Positions 10,174 through 19,628 of a DNA stretch of 64,000 bases are shown piece by piece. The stretch is from Alphaproteobacteria bacterium (lineage in GTDB: Bacteria > Pseudomonadota > Alphaproteobacteria > JAAXGF01): the NCBI GenBank assembly GCA_963555825.3, contig CAUVXB020000002.1, positions 2,464,001-2,528,000 on the forward strand, written 5' to 3'. Position numbers and translations under genes: made by a program. The notes under the pieces are model-generated. The model worked only from the letters and a program-made list of their open reading frames with translations. It had not been told where the DNA came from and searched no databases. Numbering within the stretch: the first letter of the stretch is position 1; each line of letters opens with the position of its first letter.

Positions 10174-10392
10174 AATACCCACCTCTTGAAATTGCCTTCG
10201 AGCCGGTGCGCCGCCCGCCCACAACAGGTAGCCTCCACCCATATAATTCAACGTTAGTCTACGTCGAATGTTGCCGCGCGCGCAGTGATTGTCATCACCC
10301 GATCGGGTGATGACTCGGGAAAGAGGTTGCCATCGCGGCGGCGTGGCTCAAGAATCGGACCGACAGCGCGACTGCGCGAACGGGAGGCGACG

Positions 10393-11436
10393 ATGGAGCT
10401 GCCGAGCCATTACGATCCGGCCAACGCGGCCGACTGGGCCTACGGCCCCGACCAACGGGCCCTCTTCGAGGCCGCGCGCGCCTGGCGCGCCGAGCACGGC
10501 ATCGCGCCGGCGGCCGACGACCGCGTGACGGTCGAGCTCGTCGTCATCGACGCGCAGCGCGACTTCTGCTTTCCGCAAGGCAGCCTCTACGTCGGCGGAC
10601 GCAGTGGCAGCGGCGCGCTCGACGACAACGACCGCATGGCCCGGCTGATCTACCGCAACCTCGGGCGCATTACCTCGATCACGCCGACCATGGACACGCA
10701 TTATCCATTGCAGATCTTCTTCGCCTCGTTCTGGCTCGACCGCGACGACCGGCCGGCCCAGCCACACACGACCATCGCGCTCGACGACGTGCAGTCGGGC
10801 GCCTGGCGGCCGCATCCCGACCTGGTCGACAGCTTGAGCCTGCCCGACGACGACTGGCTTCTCAAGCAGTGCCAGCACTACTGCGCCGAGCTCGAGCGTG
10901 CCGGCAAGTACCAGCTCTACATCTGGCCCGAGCATTGCCTGCTGGGCAGCGCCGGCCACATGCTGGCCGGCGTGGTGCACGAGGCGCGGCTGTTCCACGC
11001 CTACGCGCGCGCGGCCGAAGACCGCGTCGAGATCAAGGGCGACCACCCGCTGACCGAGAACTATTCGGTGTTCAACCCGGAAGTCCTGACGCGCTGGGAC
11101 GGCCAGGGGAACCTAGCCGAGAAGCGCACTGACTTCCTCGACAAGCTGTTGGCGCGCGACGCCATCGTCTTCGTCGGCGAGGCCGGCTCGCACTGCGTCA
11201 AGTCGTCGATCGACGACTTCCTCGACGAGATCCGCGCGCGCGACGAGCGCCTGGCCGCGAAGTGCTACGTCGTCACCGATTGCACTTCCGCCGTCACCGT
11301 GCCCGACGGCGCGGGTGGCTTCGTCGCCGACTTCACGCCGTTCATGGAGGAAGCGTTCGAACGCTACGCCGCCGCCGGCATGCACCTGGTCACGTCGGAG
11401 GTCGACATGCGCGACTGGCCGGGCATGCCGGCTTGA
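10393..11436 (+). CDS. Nicotinamidase/isochorismatase-like cysteine hydrolase
   Basis: IDAQRDFC, DTH, WPEHC, KG and GEAGSHCV catalytic motifs; RBS GGAGG upstream. Confidence 0.85.
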   Translation: MELPSHYDPANAADWAYGPDQRALFEAARAWRAEHGIAPAADDRVTVELVVIDAQRDFCFPQGSLYVGGRSGSGALDDNDRMARLIYRNLGRITSITPTMDTHYPLQIFFASFWLDRDDRPAQPHTTIALDDVQSGAWRPHPDLVDSLSLPDDDWLLKQCQHYCAELERAGKYQLYIWPEHCLLGSAGHMLAGVVHEARLFHAYARAAEDRVEIKGDHPLTENYSVFNPEVLTRWDGQGNLAEKRTDFLDKLLARDAIVFVGEAGSHCVKSSIDDFLDEIRARDERLAAKCYVVTDCTSAVTVPDGAGGFVADFTPFMEEAFERYAAAGMHLVTSEVDMRDWPGMPA

Positions 11437-11455
11437 GCGCCGGGATGTCGCCCGG

Positions 11456-13513
11456 ATGAAGAGCCTGTGGCGCGACGCCGATGCCGAGGCGATGGTCGCC
11501 CGCTATGCCGACGACGGCGTCGGCCGCGACGTGGCGCTGCGCGTCTACACGACGCGGCTGCTGGGCGGCGAGCCCCGGCTGGTGCTGCACGGCGGCGGCA
11601 ACACCTCGGTCAAGACGCGCCTCCCCGACCCGATGGGCGGCGAGGCCGAAGTCATGTGCGTCAAGGGCTCGGGCTGGGACATGGCGTCGATCGAGCCGGC
11701 CGGCCTGCCCGCCGTACGCCTGGCGCCGTTGCGTGAACTGCGCGCGTTCGAGACGCTCTCCGACGAGGAGATGGTCAACCTGCAGCGCCTCAATCTGCTC
11801 GACTCGGGCGCGCCCAACCCGTCCGTCGAGACGCTGCTGCACGCCTTCCTGCCACACAAGTTCGTCGACCACAGCCACGCCACCGCCGTGCTCGCGATTA
11901 CCGACCAGGCCGACGGCGTCGAGCGCTGCGCCGCGCTCTACGGCGAACGCATGGCACTGGTGCCCTACATCATGCCCGGCTTTCCGCTCGCCAAGGCGGT
12001 CGCCGACATCCACGACGCCCGACCCGGTATCGAGGGGCTGGTGCTGCTCAAGCACGGCGTCTTTACCATGGGCGAGAGCGCCCAAGAGGCCTATGAGCGA
12101 ATGATCGAACAGGTCAGTCGGGCGGAGGACTACATCAAGCGCAACCGCACCGCCAAACCGGTGCCGGCCGCCCTGCCCGAGCGCCTGTTGCCGGCCGCCG
12201 AGGTCGCGCCGGTTCTGCGCGGGCTGACCGCGCTGGCGCTCGATGAAGCCGAGGGCGAGTACCGCAAGTTCGTCTTCGCGTTGCGCGACGGCGAGAGGGT
12301 GCGCGCTTACGTCGATGGCGCCGAGCTGCACCGCTATGCGCAGGTCGGCGTGGTCACGCCCGACCACGCCATCCGCACCAAACACATGCCCTTGATCGTG
12401 CCGCCGGCCGACGCCGACATGGCGGACGCCTTCCGCGACGGCGCCAAGGCGGCGATCGACAACTACGTCGCTGCTTACCAGGCCTATTTCGAGCGCAATA
12501 ATGCGACGGCCGCGTCGCCCAAGACCGCGCTCGACGCGATGCCGCGCGTGGTTCTGGTGCCGGGACTGGGCCTGTTCGGATTGGGGGCTTCAGCCCGAGC
12601 GGCCACGGTCGCCGCCGACGTCGCCGAGAACGCCATCGAGGTGATCGGCCAAGCCGAGGCGATCGGCCGCTTCGAATCGATCTCGGAGGCCGAGATGTTC
12701 GCGGTCGAGTACTGGTCGCTCGAGCAGGCCAAGCTGGGCACGGCCGCCGAGCCGCCGCTGGCGCGCCAGATCGTCGTGGTCACCGGCGGCGCATCCGGCA
12801 TCGGCGCGGCGACCGCCGCGGCCTTCGCGGCCGAGGGCGCCGAAGTCGCGGTACTCGACCGCGACGCCGAGGGCGCCGAGGCGACGGCGAAGCGCTTTGG
12901 CGGTCTGGCACTCGCCTGCGACGTTACCGACGCGCGCCAGGTCGACGCCGCGTTCGACGTTATTTGCGAAACCTACGGCGGCGTCGACATCGTCGTGTCC
13001 AACGCCGGCGCGGCGTGGCAGGGGCGCATCGGCGAGGTCGACGACGCGGTGTTGCGCGCAAGCTTCGAGCTCAACTTCTTCGCCCACCAGAGCGTCGCCA
13101 AGGCCGCCGTGCGCGTCATGCGCGTCCAGGGCACCGGCGGCGTGCTGCTGTTCAACGCGTCGAAGCAGGCGCTCAACCCGGGTCCCGACTTCGGCCCCTA
13201 CGGATTGCCCAAGGCGGCGACACTGGCGCTCGCCCGGCAATACGCCATCGACTACGGCTCGTGCGGCATCCGCGCAAACGCGGTCAACGCCGACCGCGTG
13301 CGCACCGGGCTCTACGCCGACGGCGTGCTCGAGCAACGCGCCGCGGCGCGCGGCCTCTCGGTCGCCGATTACCTGGCCGGCGCCAACTTGCTGAAGCGCG
13401 AGGTCACGGTCGCCGACGTCGCCGCCGCCTTCGTCTCGCTCGCCAAGGCACGCAAGACGACCGGCGCGGTGCACACCGTCGACGGCGGCAACATCGCCGC
13501 CGCGCCGCGCTGA
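11456..13513 (+). CDS. Bifunctional class II aldolase/short-chain dehydrogenase (RhaD/RhaEW-like)
   Basis: LVLHGGGNTSVK, PSVETLLH, EYWSLEQAKL, TGGASGIG, YGLPK. Confidence 0.92.
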   Translation: MKSLWRDADAEAMVARYADDGVGRDVALRVYTTRLLGGEPRLVLHGGGNTSVKTRLPDPMGGEAEVMCVKGSGWDMASIEPAGLPAVRLAPLRELRAFETLSDEEMVNLQRLNLLDSGAPNPSVETLLHAFLPHKFVDHSHATAVLAITDQADGVERCAALYGERMALVPYIMPGFPLAKAVADIHDARPGIEGLVLLKHGVFTMGESAQEAYERMIEQVSRAEDYIKRNRTAKPVPAALPERLLPAAEVAPVLRGLTALALDEAEGEYRKFVFALRDGERVRAYVDGAELHRYAQVGVVTPDHAIRTKHMPLIVPPADADMADAFRDGAKAAIDNYVAAYQAYFERNNATAASPKTALDAMPRVVLVPGLGLFGLGASARAATVAADVAENAIEVIGQAEAIGRFESISEAEMFAVEYWSLEQAKLGTAAEPPLARQIVVVTGGASGIGAATAAAFAAEGAEVAVLDRDAEGAEATAKRFGGLALACDVTDARQVDAAFDVICETYGGVDIVVSNAGAAWQGRIGEVDDAVLRASFELNFFAHQSVAKAAVRVMRVQGTGGVLLFNASKQALNPGPDFGPYGLPKAATLALARQYAIDYGSCGIRANAVNADRVRTGLYADGVLEQRAAARGLSVADYLAGANLLKREVTVADVAAAFVSLAKARKTTGAVHTVDGGNIAAAPR

Positions 13514-13553
13514 GCGACTTTTCCGGCACCCGCGAACCGGCTAGGATAGCGCC

Positions 13554-14144
13554 ATGGCCGGACACCACCACGATCAGCCCGAAGCGGACGTCGTCCTGCG
13601 TGTCAAGGCGATCGAGCAGCTTTTTACCGAGAAGGGGCTGGTCGACCCGGCGGCGCTCGACGCGCTGGTCGATCTCTACGAGAACCGCATCGGGCCGCGA
13701 AACGGCGCGCGCGTCGTCGCCCGCGCCTGGACCGATGCCGACTACAAGGCGCGGCTGATGGCGGACGCGAGCGCTGCGATCGTCGAGTGCGGCTATTCGG
13801 GCATTCAGGGCGAGGACATGGTGGTCGTCGAGAACACTCGCCAAACCCACAACGTCGTCGTCTGCACGCTGTGCTCGTGCTACCCCTGGCCGGTGCTGGG
13901 GTTGCCGCCGGTCTGGTACAAGTCCGCCGCCTACCGCGCCCGCGTGGTGCGCGAACCGCGCGGCGTCTTGCGCGAGTTCGGCCTCGCGATCGGCGACGAC
14001 GTCGAGGTCCGGGTCTGGGATTCGAGCGCCGAGGTGCGCTATCTGGTGCTGCCGATGCGGCCCGACGGCACCGAGGGGCTGAGCGAGGATGCGCTCGCTG
14101 ACATCGTCACGCGCGACGGCATGATCGGCGTCGCGGCGGTCTGA
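13554..14144 (+). CDS. nthA: Nitrile hydratase alpha subunit, cobalt type
   Basis: [13 protein letters not shown] and [11 protein letters not shown] (CTLCSC = Co-type). Confidence 0.97.
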   Translation: MAGHHHDQPEADVVLRVKAIEQLFTEKGLVDPAALDALVDLYENRIGPRNGARVVARAWTDADYKARLMADASAAIVECGYSGIQGEDMVVVENTRQTHNVVVCTLCSCYPWPVLGLPPVWYKSAAYRARVVREPRGVLREFGLAIGDDVEVRVWDSSAEVRYLVLPMRPDGTEGLSEDALADIVTRDGMIGVAAV

Positions 14145-14145
14145 C

Positions 14146-14460
14146 ATGGACGGCATCCACGATTTGGGCGGCATGCACGGTTTCGGCGCGATCAGCCGCG
14201 CGGTCGACGAGCCGGTCTTCCACGCCGAATGGGAGCGCCGCGTCTTCGCCCTCGACCTGCTGGTCGAGGCCTTCGTCGAGGGCGCCAACATCGACGCCTT
14301 CCGCCACGCGATCGAGCGGCTCGAGCCGGCGACCTATCTCGGCGTGAGCTATTACGAGAAATGGGCGCACGCGCTCGAGACGCTGCTCGTCGACGCCGGC
14401 GTGGTGACGCTCGAAGAAATCGCCGAACGCGTCGCCGCGCTCGAGGAAGGCGGCGGCTGA
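14146..14460 (+). CDS. nthB: Nitrile hydratase beta subunit, N-terminal half as a separate gene
   Basis: MDGIHDLGGMHGFG..FHAEWERR..FRHAIERL..YYEKW; stops with a TGATG overlap onto the next gene. Confidence 0.9.
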   Translation: MDGIHDLGGMHGFGAISRAVDEPVFHAEWERRVFALDLLVEAFVEGANIDAFRHAIERLEPATYLGVSYYEKWAHALETLLVDAGVVTLEEIAERVAALEEGGG

Positions 14461-16732
14461 TGGACGCGCTTCCCGCCGCCGCGGTCAAGGCGATCGTCAT
14501 GGAGGGCGGCAGCGCCAGGCGTGATGTCGCCGACGCCGCGGCGCGCTTCAAGCCGGGCGACGCCGTGGTCGCGCGCAACATCCACCCAGCGGGTCACACG
14601 CGGCTGCCGCGCTACGCGCGCGGCAAGCGGGGATTTGGTGCGCCAGGCGAACTGGCAGAAGGTAGGGGGTGCAAGTCCCCCGGAACGAAGGAGTAACCGA
14701 ACCACGTTTCTCCGCGAGCCGTGCGTTGGCTCCCGTGAGGGGGCAGGCGAAGCGTCGGTAGCGGCATGGATGGGCAGGGCTATTGAGCACCGTAAAAGCG
14801 ATGGTCCGGGGTGCCGAGGCTTTCAGATCGGTCGAAGGCAATATCGCAGGCGTCGTTTTGGTGAGATGTCGGCGAGCCCCGCGGTGTCAGAGAACCCATG
14901 CACGTTCGCACGCCTTCTGTTGGGACCCTGGGAGGTCTTCAAACTGCCCCGGTTGTCGTAAAGGGGCCGCGTAGGGAATGGAGAAAACCGAAGCCTATGA
15001 TGAACGGTTTGAAGAAGTCGGATGAGGCCGTACGACCTGTGAGGGCGGCGAACAAGGGAGCGCGAGCTTCTGCGGAGTCGCCGGAGGAAAGGGCCTCAAC
15101 CAAGGGGAAGCCGGATTGCCAAAGCACGCGCCGAACCCAGTGTCGGGTAAGCGTGCCACAGGCGGCGGCCCGGATACGGAAAGCTGCAGAGAGAAACCCG
15201 AAGGAACGTCTCACTGCGCTCTTCCACCACATTACGCCGGACGCGCTCGGTGCGGCCTACTTCGCATTGAAGAAGGACGCAGCAGCCGGTGTCGACGGCG
15301 TTACGTGGGACATGTACGGCGAGGGTCTGGATGAGCGCCTGCTCGACCTGCACCGGCGCCTGCACAGAGGGGGAGCGTACCGGGCGCCGCCGGTTCGGCG
15401 GGTAGAGATACCCAAGCCGGACGGGGGGACACGACCGCTCGGGATCGCGGCGCTGGAGGACAAGGTCGTCCAGAAGGCGGTTGTGGATGTGATCCTGACA
15501 CCGATCTACGAGGTGGTGTTTCTTGGCTTCAGCTACGGGTTCCGACCGGGGCGGGGGGCGCACGATGCGCTCGATGCCCTGGCCTTCGGGATAGAACGGC
15601 GCAAGGTCAGCTGGATAGTCGATGCAGACCTCCGGGCGTACTTCGACACGATCCCGCGGGATTGGTTGATCACGTTCCTAGAGCACCGCATCGGAGACAG
15701 GCGGGTCATCCGTCTGATCCGGAAATGGCTGAACGCCGGCGTCATAGAGAGTGGGTCATGGGCAGATACGGGTATGGGCACGCCGCAGGGGGCAATAGTC
15801 TCCCCCGTCTTGGCGAACGTGTTCCTGCATTACGTGCTCGACTTGTGGTTCCACAAGAAATGGCGCCCGAACGTCCCGGATGGCGAAGCGATCATCGTCC
15901 GTTACGCTGACGATATCGTTGTCGGGTTCCAACACAAGCGGGATGCGGAGCGGTACCTCCGCGACGTTCGGGAGAGGCTGGCCCGGTTCGGTCTCAGCCT
16001 CCACCAGGACAAGACCCGCCTCGTGGAGTTTGGCCGGTTCGCGGATTTGAACCGGCGCCAGCGCGGGGTGGGCAAGCCGGAGACATTCGACTTTCTGGGC
16101 CTCACGCACTATTGCACGACGACCCTGAGAGGACGCTTTCGGCTTGGTCGCAAACCGGTTGCCAAACGGGTCAACAGGACCCTGGCGCGCATCGACGAGG
16201 TGCTTCGCAAGCGCTGGCACCACGACATCTGGGAAGTTGGTAGGTGGCTGGGGCGAGTCTGCAATGGCTGGCTCAACTACTTTGCCGTCCCAGGGTCAGG
16301 CCGGTCCATCCGTGCGTTCCTCCGCAGGCTGCAACGCCGGTGGATGCGGGCGCTACGCCGCCGGTCCCAGCGAGCCCGATTTAGTTGGAAGCGACTGGAG
16401 CGCATGACCGAAATCCTGTGGCCACGCGCCTCCATCCGCCACCCATGGCCGGACCAGCGGTTTGCCGTCAAGCACCCGAGGTAGGAGCCGGATGGTTCAA
16501 CGACCACGTCCGGATCTGCGCGGGGGGTGCGCAGCAATGCGCATTCCTACCGTAACTCGACCGGGTCCACGGCGTCTTCGTCTTCCCCGACACCAACGCC
16601 ATGGGCGGCGGAGAGCAGCCGCACACGCTTTATTCGGTGTGTTTCACGGGCGAGGTGCTGTGGGGCGCCGACGGGCACGCGCGCGACCGCTGCTACATCG
16701 ACCTCTGGGACCGCTACCTCGACCCGGCATGA
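14460..16732 (+). CDS. Nitrile hydratase beta C-terminal (SH3-like) subunit, 117 aa, exons 14460-14637 + 16557-16732
   Basis: Joined exons read ..HTRLPRYARGKRGF/VDRVHGVFVFPDTNAMGGGEQPHTLYSVCFTGEVLWG..YIDLWDRYLDPA* in one frame. Confidence 0.9.
14638..16556 (+). mobile_element. Group II intron (IIB-like, bacterial class D/E-type IEP)
   Basis: 5' GTGCG at 14638; domain V GAGCCGGATG..ACGTCCGGATCT at ~16485-16517; domain VI ending CCTACCGTAAC at 16556; internal RT ORF. Confidence 0.95.
14997..16484 (+). CDS. ltrA: Group II intron reverse transcriptase/maturase (no C-terminal endonuclease domain)
   Basis: IPKPDGGTRPLGI, SYGFRPGR, GTPQG, RYADD, GWLNYF; ends HPWPDQRF. Confidence 0.95.
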   Translation: MMNGLKKSDEAVRPVRAANKGARASAESPEERASTKGKPDCQSTRRTQCRVSVPQAAARIRKAAERNPKERLTALFHHITPDALGAAYFALKKDAAAGVDGVTWDMYGEGLDERLLDLHRRLHRGGAYRAPPVRRVEIPKPDGGTRPLGIAALEDKVVQKAVVDVILTPIYEVVFLGFSYGFRPGRGAHDALDALAFGIERRKVSWIVDADLRAYFDTIPRDWLITFLEHRIGDRRVIRLIRKWLNAGVIESGSWADTGMGTPQGAIVSPVLANVFLHYVLDLWFHKKWRPNVPDGEAIIVRYADDIVVGFQHKRDAERYLRDVRERLARFGLSLHQDKTRLVEFGRFADLNRRQRGVGKPETFDFLGLTHYCTTTLRGRFRLGRKPVAKRVNRTLARIDEVLRKRWHHDIWEVGRWLGRVCNGWLNYFAVPGSGRSIRAFLRRLQRRWMRALRRRSQRARFSWKRLERMTEILWPRASIRHPWPDQRFAVKHPR

Positions 16733-17070
16733 GCGCCGCGCCGCCGACCACCGGCGACACCCCCGTCTTCGCCGAACCTTGGCAGGCGCGCGCCTTCGCG
16801 GTCGTCGTCAAGCTCTGTCAGGACGGCCACGCCGAGTGGGACGTATTCCAGCGCCGCCTGATCGCCGAGATCGGCGCGGCCGACGCGGCGGGCGACGACA
16901 CGACCGGTTACTACGAGCACTGGCTGGCCGCCTGCGAGCGGCTGCTCGTCGAGCGCGGCCTGGCGGCGCCCGGCGACCTCGCCCGGCGCAAGGCCGCCGT
17001 CGCCGCCAGCCGTCCGCCGCCGACCCGCGCCGTCGCCAACCCGGTCGTCATCGACCCCGCGCGGCGCTAG
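16729..17070 (+). CDS. Nitrile hydratase accessory (P14K/NhlE-like metallochaperone) protein
   Basis: PVFAEPWQARAFA..YYEHWLAACERLL; ATGA overlap with the upstream exon 2. Confidence 0.88.
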   Translation: MSAAPPTTGDTPVFAEPWQARAFAVVVKLCQDGHAEWDVFQRRLIAEIGAADAAGDDTTGYYEHWLAACERLLVERGLAAPGDLARRKAAVAASRPPPTRAVANPVVIDPARR

Positions 17071-17192
17071 ATTATTGTGCAACCGACCGGAGTGGATCGG
17101 CATCTACCAGCCTGCGACCGCAGGCCGCCGACCGTTCGGCGAGAGCAAGCGCGGCGATTGAGCGCAGGTCAGCAAAGCTGACCGTACAAAAA
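17067..17192 (+). repeat. Modular MITE-like repeat family A, copy 2 (short form)
   Basis: CCAGCCTGCGACCGCAGGCCGCCGACCGTTCGG..GCGCGGCGATTGAGCGCAGGTCAGCAAAGCTGACC. Confidence 0.8.
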
Positions 17193-17194
17193 GC

Positions 17195-17941
17195 TCACGC
17201 CTCGGTCATGAAGTCCTTGAACTGTTCGGCCAGCGCGGCGGCCGAGGCGGCGATCAGGCGTTCGCCGTGCTCGGGGCGGGCGAGCGAGGAATCGGCGCCC
17301 ATACGGCCGTCTGGATAGCGCCGGCGAAAGTCTTGCGCGCCGTAGATTGGCCCGTCGGGCGGCAGCTTGGGGTCGAGCTCGGCCTGCTTGATCGAGCCGG
17401 GGTAGGCGAACTGCGTGACCGAGACCTCGGACGGCGTCGCGTGGCTGCCCTCGGCGCCGGCGTAGAGTTCCCTCGAAATCGCCTGGACTTCCCTGTTGGC
17501 CCACCAGTTGACCAGCCGACAGCGCACGCTGGGCGCGTTGGCGCCTGCGCGTTCGCCGAGCACGGCGTAGGTCTCGAAGAAGGCGGCGTTGATCGTCGCG
17601 ATGTTGCCGCCGTGGCCGTTGAAGAACAGCACGCGCTCGAAACCGTGGCGCGCCAGCGAGACGACGTAATCCGAAATGACCGAGATCAGCGTAGTCGGCC
17701 GGTAGGTGATGGTGCCGGAGAACGCCATGTGGTGCTCGGCCATGCCGACCGAGATGGTCGGCGCGACAAGCACGTCCTCGGCGTCGCCCATGCGCTGGGC
17801 GATGATCTCGGGGCACAGCGCGTCGGTGCCCAGGAGGCCCATCGGCCCGTGCTGTTCGGTCGAGCCGATCGGCACGATGATGCCCTTCGAGCGTTCGAGA
17901 TAAGCGTCGATCTCCTGCCAGGTACGATGCTGCAACTGCAT
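17195..17941 (-). CDS. Creatininase-family amidohydrolase
   Basis: [20 protein letters not shown] and HATPSE motifs. Confidence 0.93.
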   Translation of the reverse strand: MQLQHRTWQEIDAYLERSKGIIVPIGSTEQHGPMGLLGTDALCPEIIAQRMGDAEDVLVAPTISVGMAEHHMAFSGTITYRPTTLISVISDYVVSLARHGFERVLFFNGHGGNIATINAAFFETYAVLGERAGANAPSVRCRLVNWWANREVQAISRELYAGAEGSHATPSEVSVTQFAYPGSIKQAELDPKLPPDGPIYGAQDFRRRYPDGRMGADSSLARPEHGERLIAASAAALAEQFKDFMTEA

Positions 17942-18015
17942 GTTCCGCGTCCTCCCCGCGTGGCCGATTGAGGCGCAGAGCCTAGCCCGGTTCGCGCGGT
18001 GGGGATAGGCGCGTC

Positions 18016-18164
18016 ATGTCTGCCTTGCGCCCGAAAGCAGACATCGGGTTACGGCCAACGGTAAAGCCGCTTTTGACCCGAAGCGGCCCAAAGGTTGGAT
18101 TGAGGAGCGGCGGCTGGAATCGACCCCCAACGGACTCACGCATGAGCTTCCTTAAAGCGGACAT
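18016..18164. repeat. Cluster of short GTC(C/T)GC(T/C)TT..AAAGC(G/A)GAC hairpin motifs
   Basis: ATGTCTGC..GCAGACAT (18016-18044), GCCGCTT..AAGCGGC (18066-18087), AAAGCGGACAT (18154-18164); relatives at ~20172-20230 and 30327-30354. Confidence 0.6.
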
Positions 18165-18274
18165 TCGACTCGCTTCGTCGCAGCTTGGAGGCATCCAACA
18201 CTGACAGCTGAGTCGGCCCCGATTTCCTTGGACACAGAATTGGCTTAATCGAAGTGTCCAAGGAGGACCGGAAC

Positions 18275-18685
18275 ATGACCGACAATTTTGAGAACAAAGT
18301 TGCTGTTGATGGGCCTGTGGTAAACGAGGGCGAGCTTGGCTCGTCCACGTTTTCCCCGGGCCAGGTTTCGCCGGCAGGCCCGCTGGGACTTGGCCAGCGG
18401 TGGACGGTGACGCGCAAGCGTGAGGTTGCCCTGCGGCTTTTGCGTGGCGAGCCGGTGGAACTTTTGTCGCGGCAGTTGGGCGTGGAGATTTTCCGGCTCG
18501 AGCAGTGGCGTGAGAAGGCGATCGCCGGGATCGATGCCTCGCTCAAGGAACGCAAGGGCGATCCGGTGAAGGCGGAACTGGACATCGCCATGAAGCGGAT
18601 CGGGGAGTTGATCATGCAGGTGGAACTGCTGGAGGCCAAGACGGAGACGTCCGGCCCTTTGGGGCGGCGGAGGTCGCGGCGATGA
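18275..18685 (+). CDS. IS3 orfA (HTH protein)
   Basis: RWTVTRKREVALRLLRGEPVELLSRQLGV HTH; RBS AGGAGG upstream. Confidence 0.85.
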   Translation: MTDNFENKVAVDGPVVNEGELGSSTFSPGQVSPAGPLGLGQRWTVTRKREVALRLLRGEPVELLSRQLGVEIFRLEQWREKAIAGIDASLKERKGDPVKAELDIAMKRIGELIMQVELLEAKTETSGPLGRRRSRR

Positions 18686-19593
18686 GTGCCGCCACCTCTC
18701 CCGGCACGGGTTTGGCCTACGGCCTCCAGCGGGTCTGTGCGGCCTGGGGTTTTGCCCGTTCCTCGTTCTACGCCATGAAATCCCGGCAGCAGGCCACCGC
18801 TGAGCGCCCACCAGCAAAGCGCCGGGGACCGAAGCCCTCGATCTCGGACGAGGCTCTGCTGGTGGCCATCGAGGCCGACCTGGAGGCATCCCCCTGGGAG
18901 GGCGAGGGACACCGCAAGGTCTGGGCTCGGCTTCGGGTCTGTCGTGGCATCCGTGTTTCCCGCAAGCGGGGGCTCCGGGTGATGCGCGAGAACAACCTGC
19001 TCTCGCCCCATCGCTGCCGCCGCCGTGGCGGAAATCCCCATGTCGGTGAGATCATCACCCATGCCCCCAACCTCATGTGGGGCACGGACGGCGTTCGGGT
19101 GTTCACGGTGGACGACGGCTGGGGCTGGATATTCACCGCCATCGAGCATTGGAACGCCGAGTGCGTCGGCTGGCATGTGTGCAAGCGAGGCGACCGCTTC
19201 GCCGCCCTTCAGCCGATCTCCATGGGGCTTGCGAGGCTGTATGCCTCGACCTCCGCCGGTGCGGCGCGGGGGCTGGCCTTGCGGATGGATCACGGCTCCC
19301 AGTATCTGTCGGACCACTTCACCAACCAGATCAAGTTCTGGGGCATCCAGCCGTCCTACGCCTTCGTCGAACAGCCCCAGACCAACGGCGTCGCCGAGAG
19401 GTTCAATCGCACGCTCAAGGAACAGATCATCCATGGCCGCATCTACCGCAACATCGCGGAGCTGCGGAACGCCGTCCGCGGGTTCGTCGAACAGTACAAT
19501 GCCCAGTGGATCGTGGAGAAGAACGGCTACCTGAGCCCCGCTCAAGCTCGTCAGGCGTGGCACACCGCGATGTCACTCAGGCCCGCCGCATGA
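18682..19593 (+). CDS. IS3 orfB (rve integrase-core transposase)
   Basis: PNLMWGTD, RMDHGSQY and PQTNGVAERFNRTLKE DDE motifs. Confidence 0.92.
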   Translation: MSAATSPGTGLAYGLQRVCAAWGFARSSFYAMKSRQQATAERPPAKRRGPKPSISDEALLVAIEADLEASPWEGEGHRKVWARLRVCRGIRVSRKRGLRVMRENNLLSPHRCRRRGGNPHVGEIITHAPNLMWGTDGVRVFTVDDGWGWIFTAIEHWNAECVGWHVCKRGDRFAALQPISMGLARLYASTSAGAARGLALRMDHGSQYLSDHFTNQIKFWGIQPSYAFVEQPQTNGVAERFNRTLKEQIIHGRIYRNIAELRNAVRGFVEQYNAQWIVEKNGYLSPAQARQAWHTAMSLRPAA

Positions 19594-19628
19594 GACAAAC
19601 TTGTGTCCAAGGAACCGGGTGCGATACA

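Larger units (their letters stand above)
18209..19628 (+). mobile_element. IS3-family insertion sequence (~1420 bp)
   Basis: TG...CA ends with imperfect TIRs sharing TTCCTTGGACACA; orfA/orfB organisation; no target duplication seen. Confidence 0.85.

Noticed and set aside
14997-16484. Retron, DGR or CRISPR-associated reverse transcriptase
   Set aside because: GTGCG start, domains V/VI, maturase domain and exact exon rejoining identify a group II intron.
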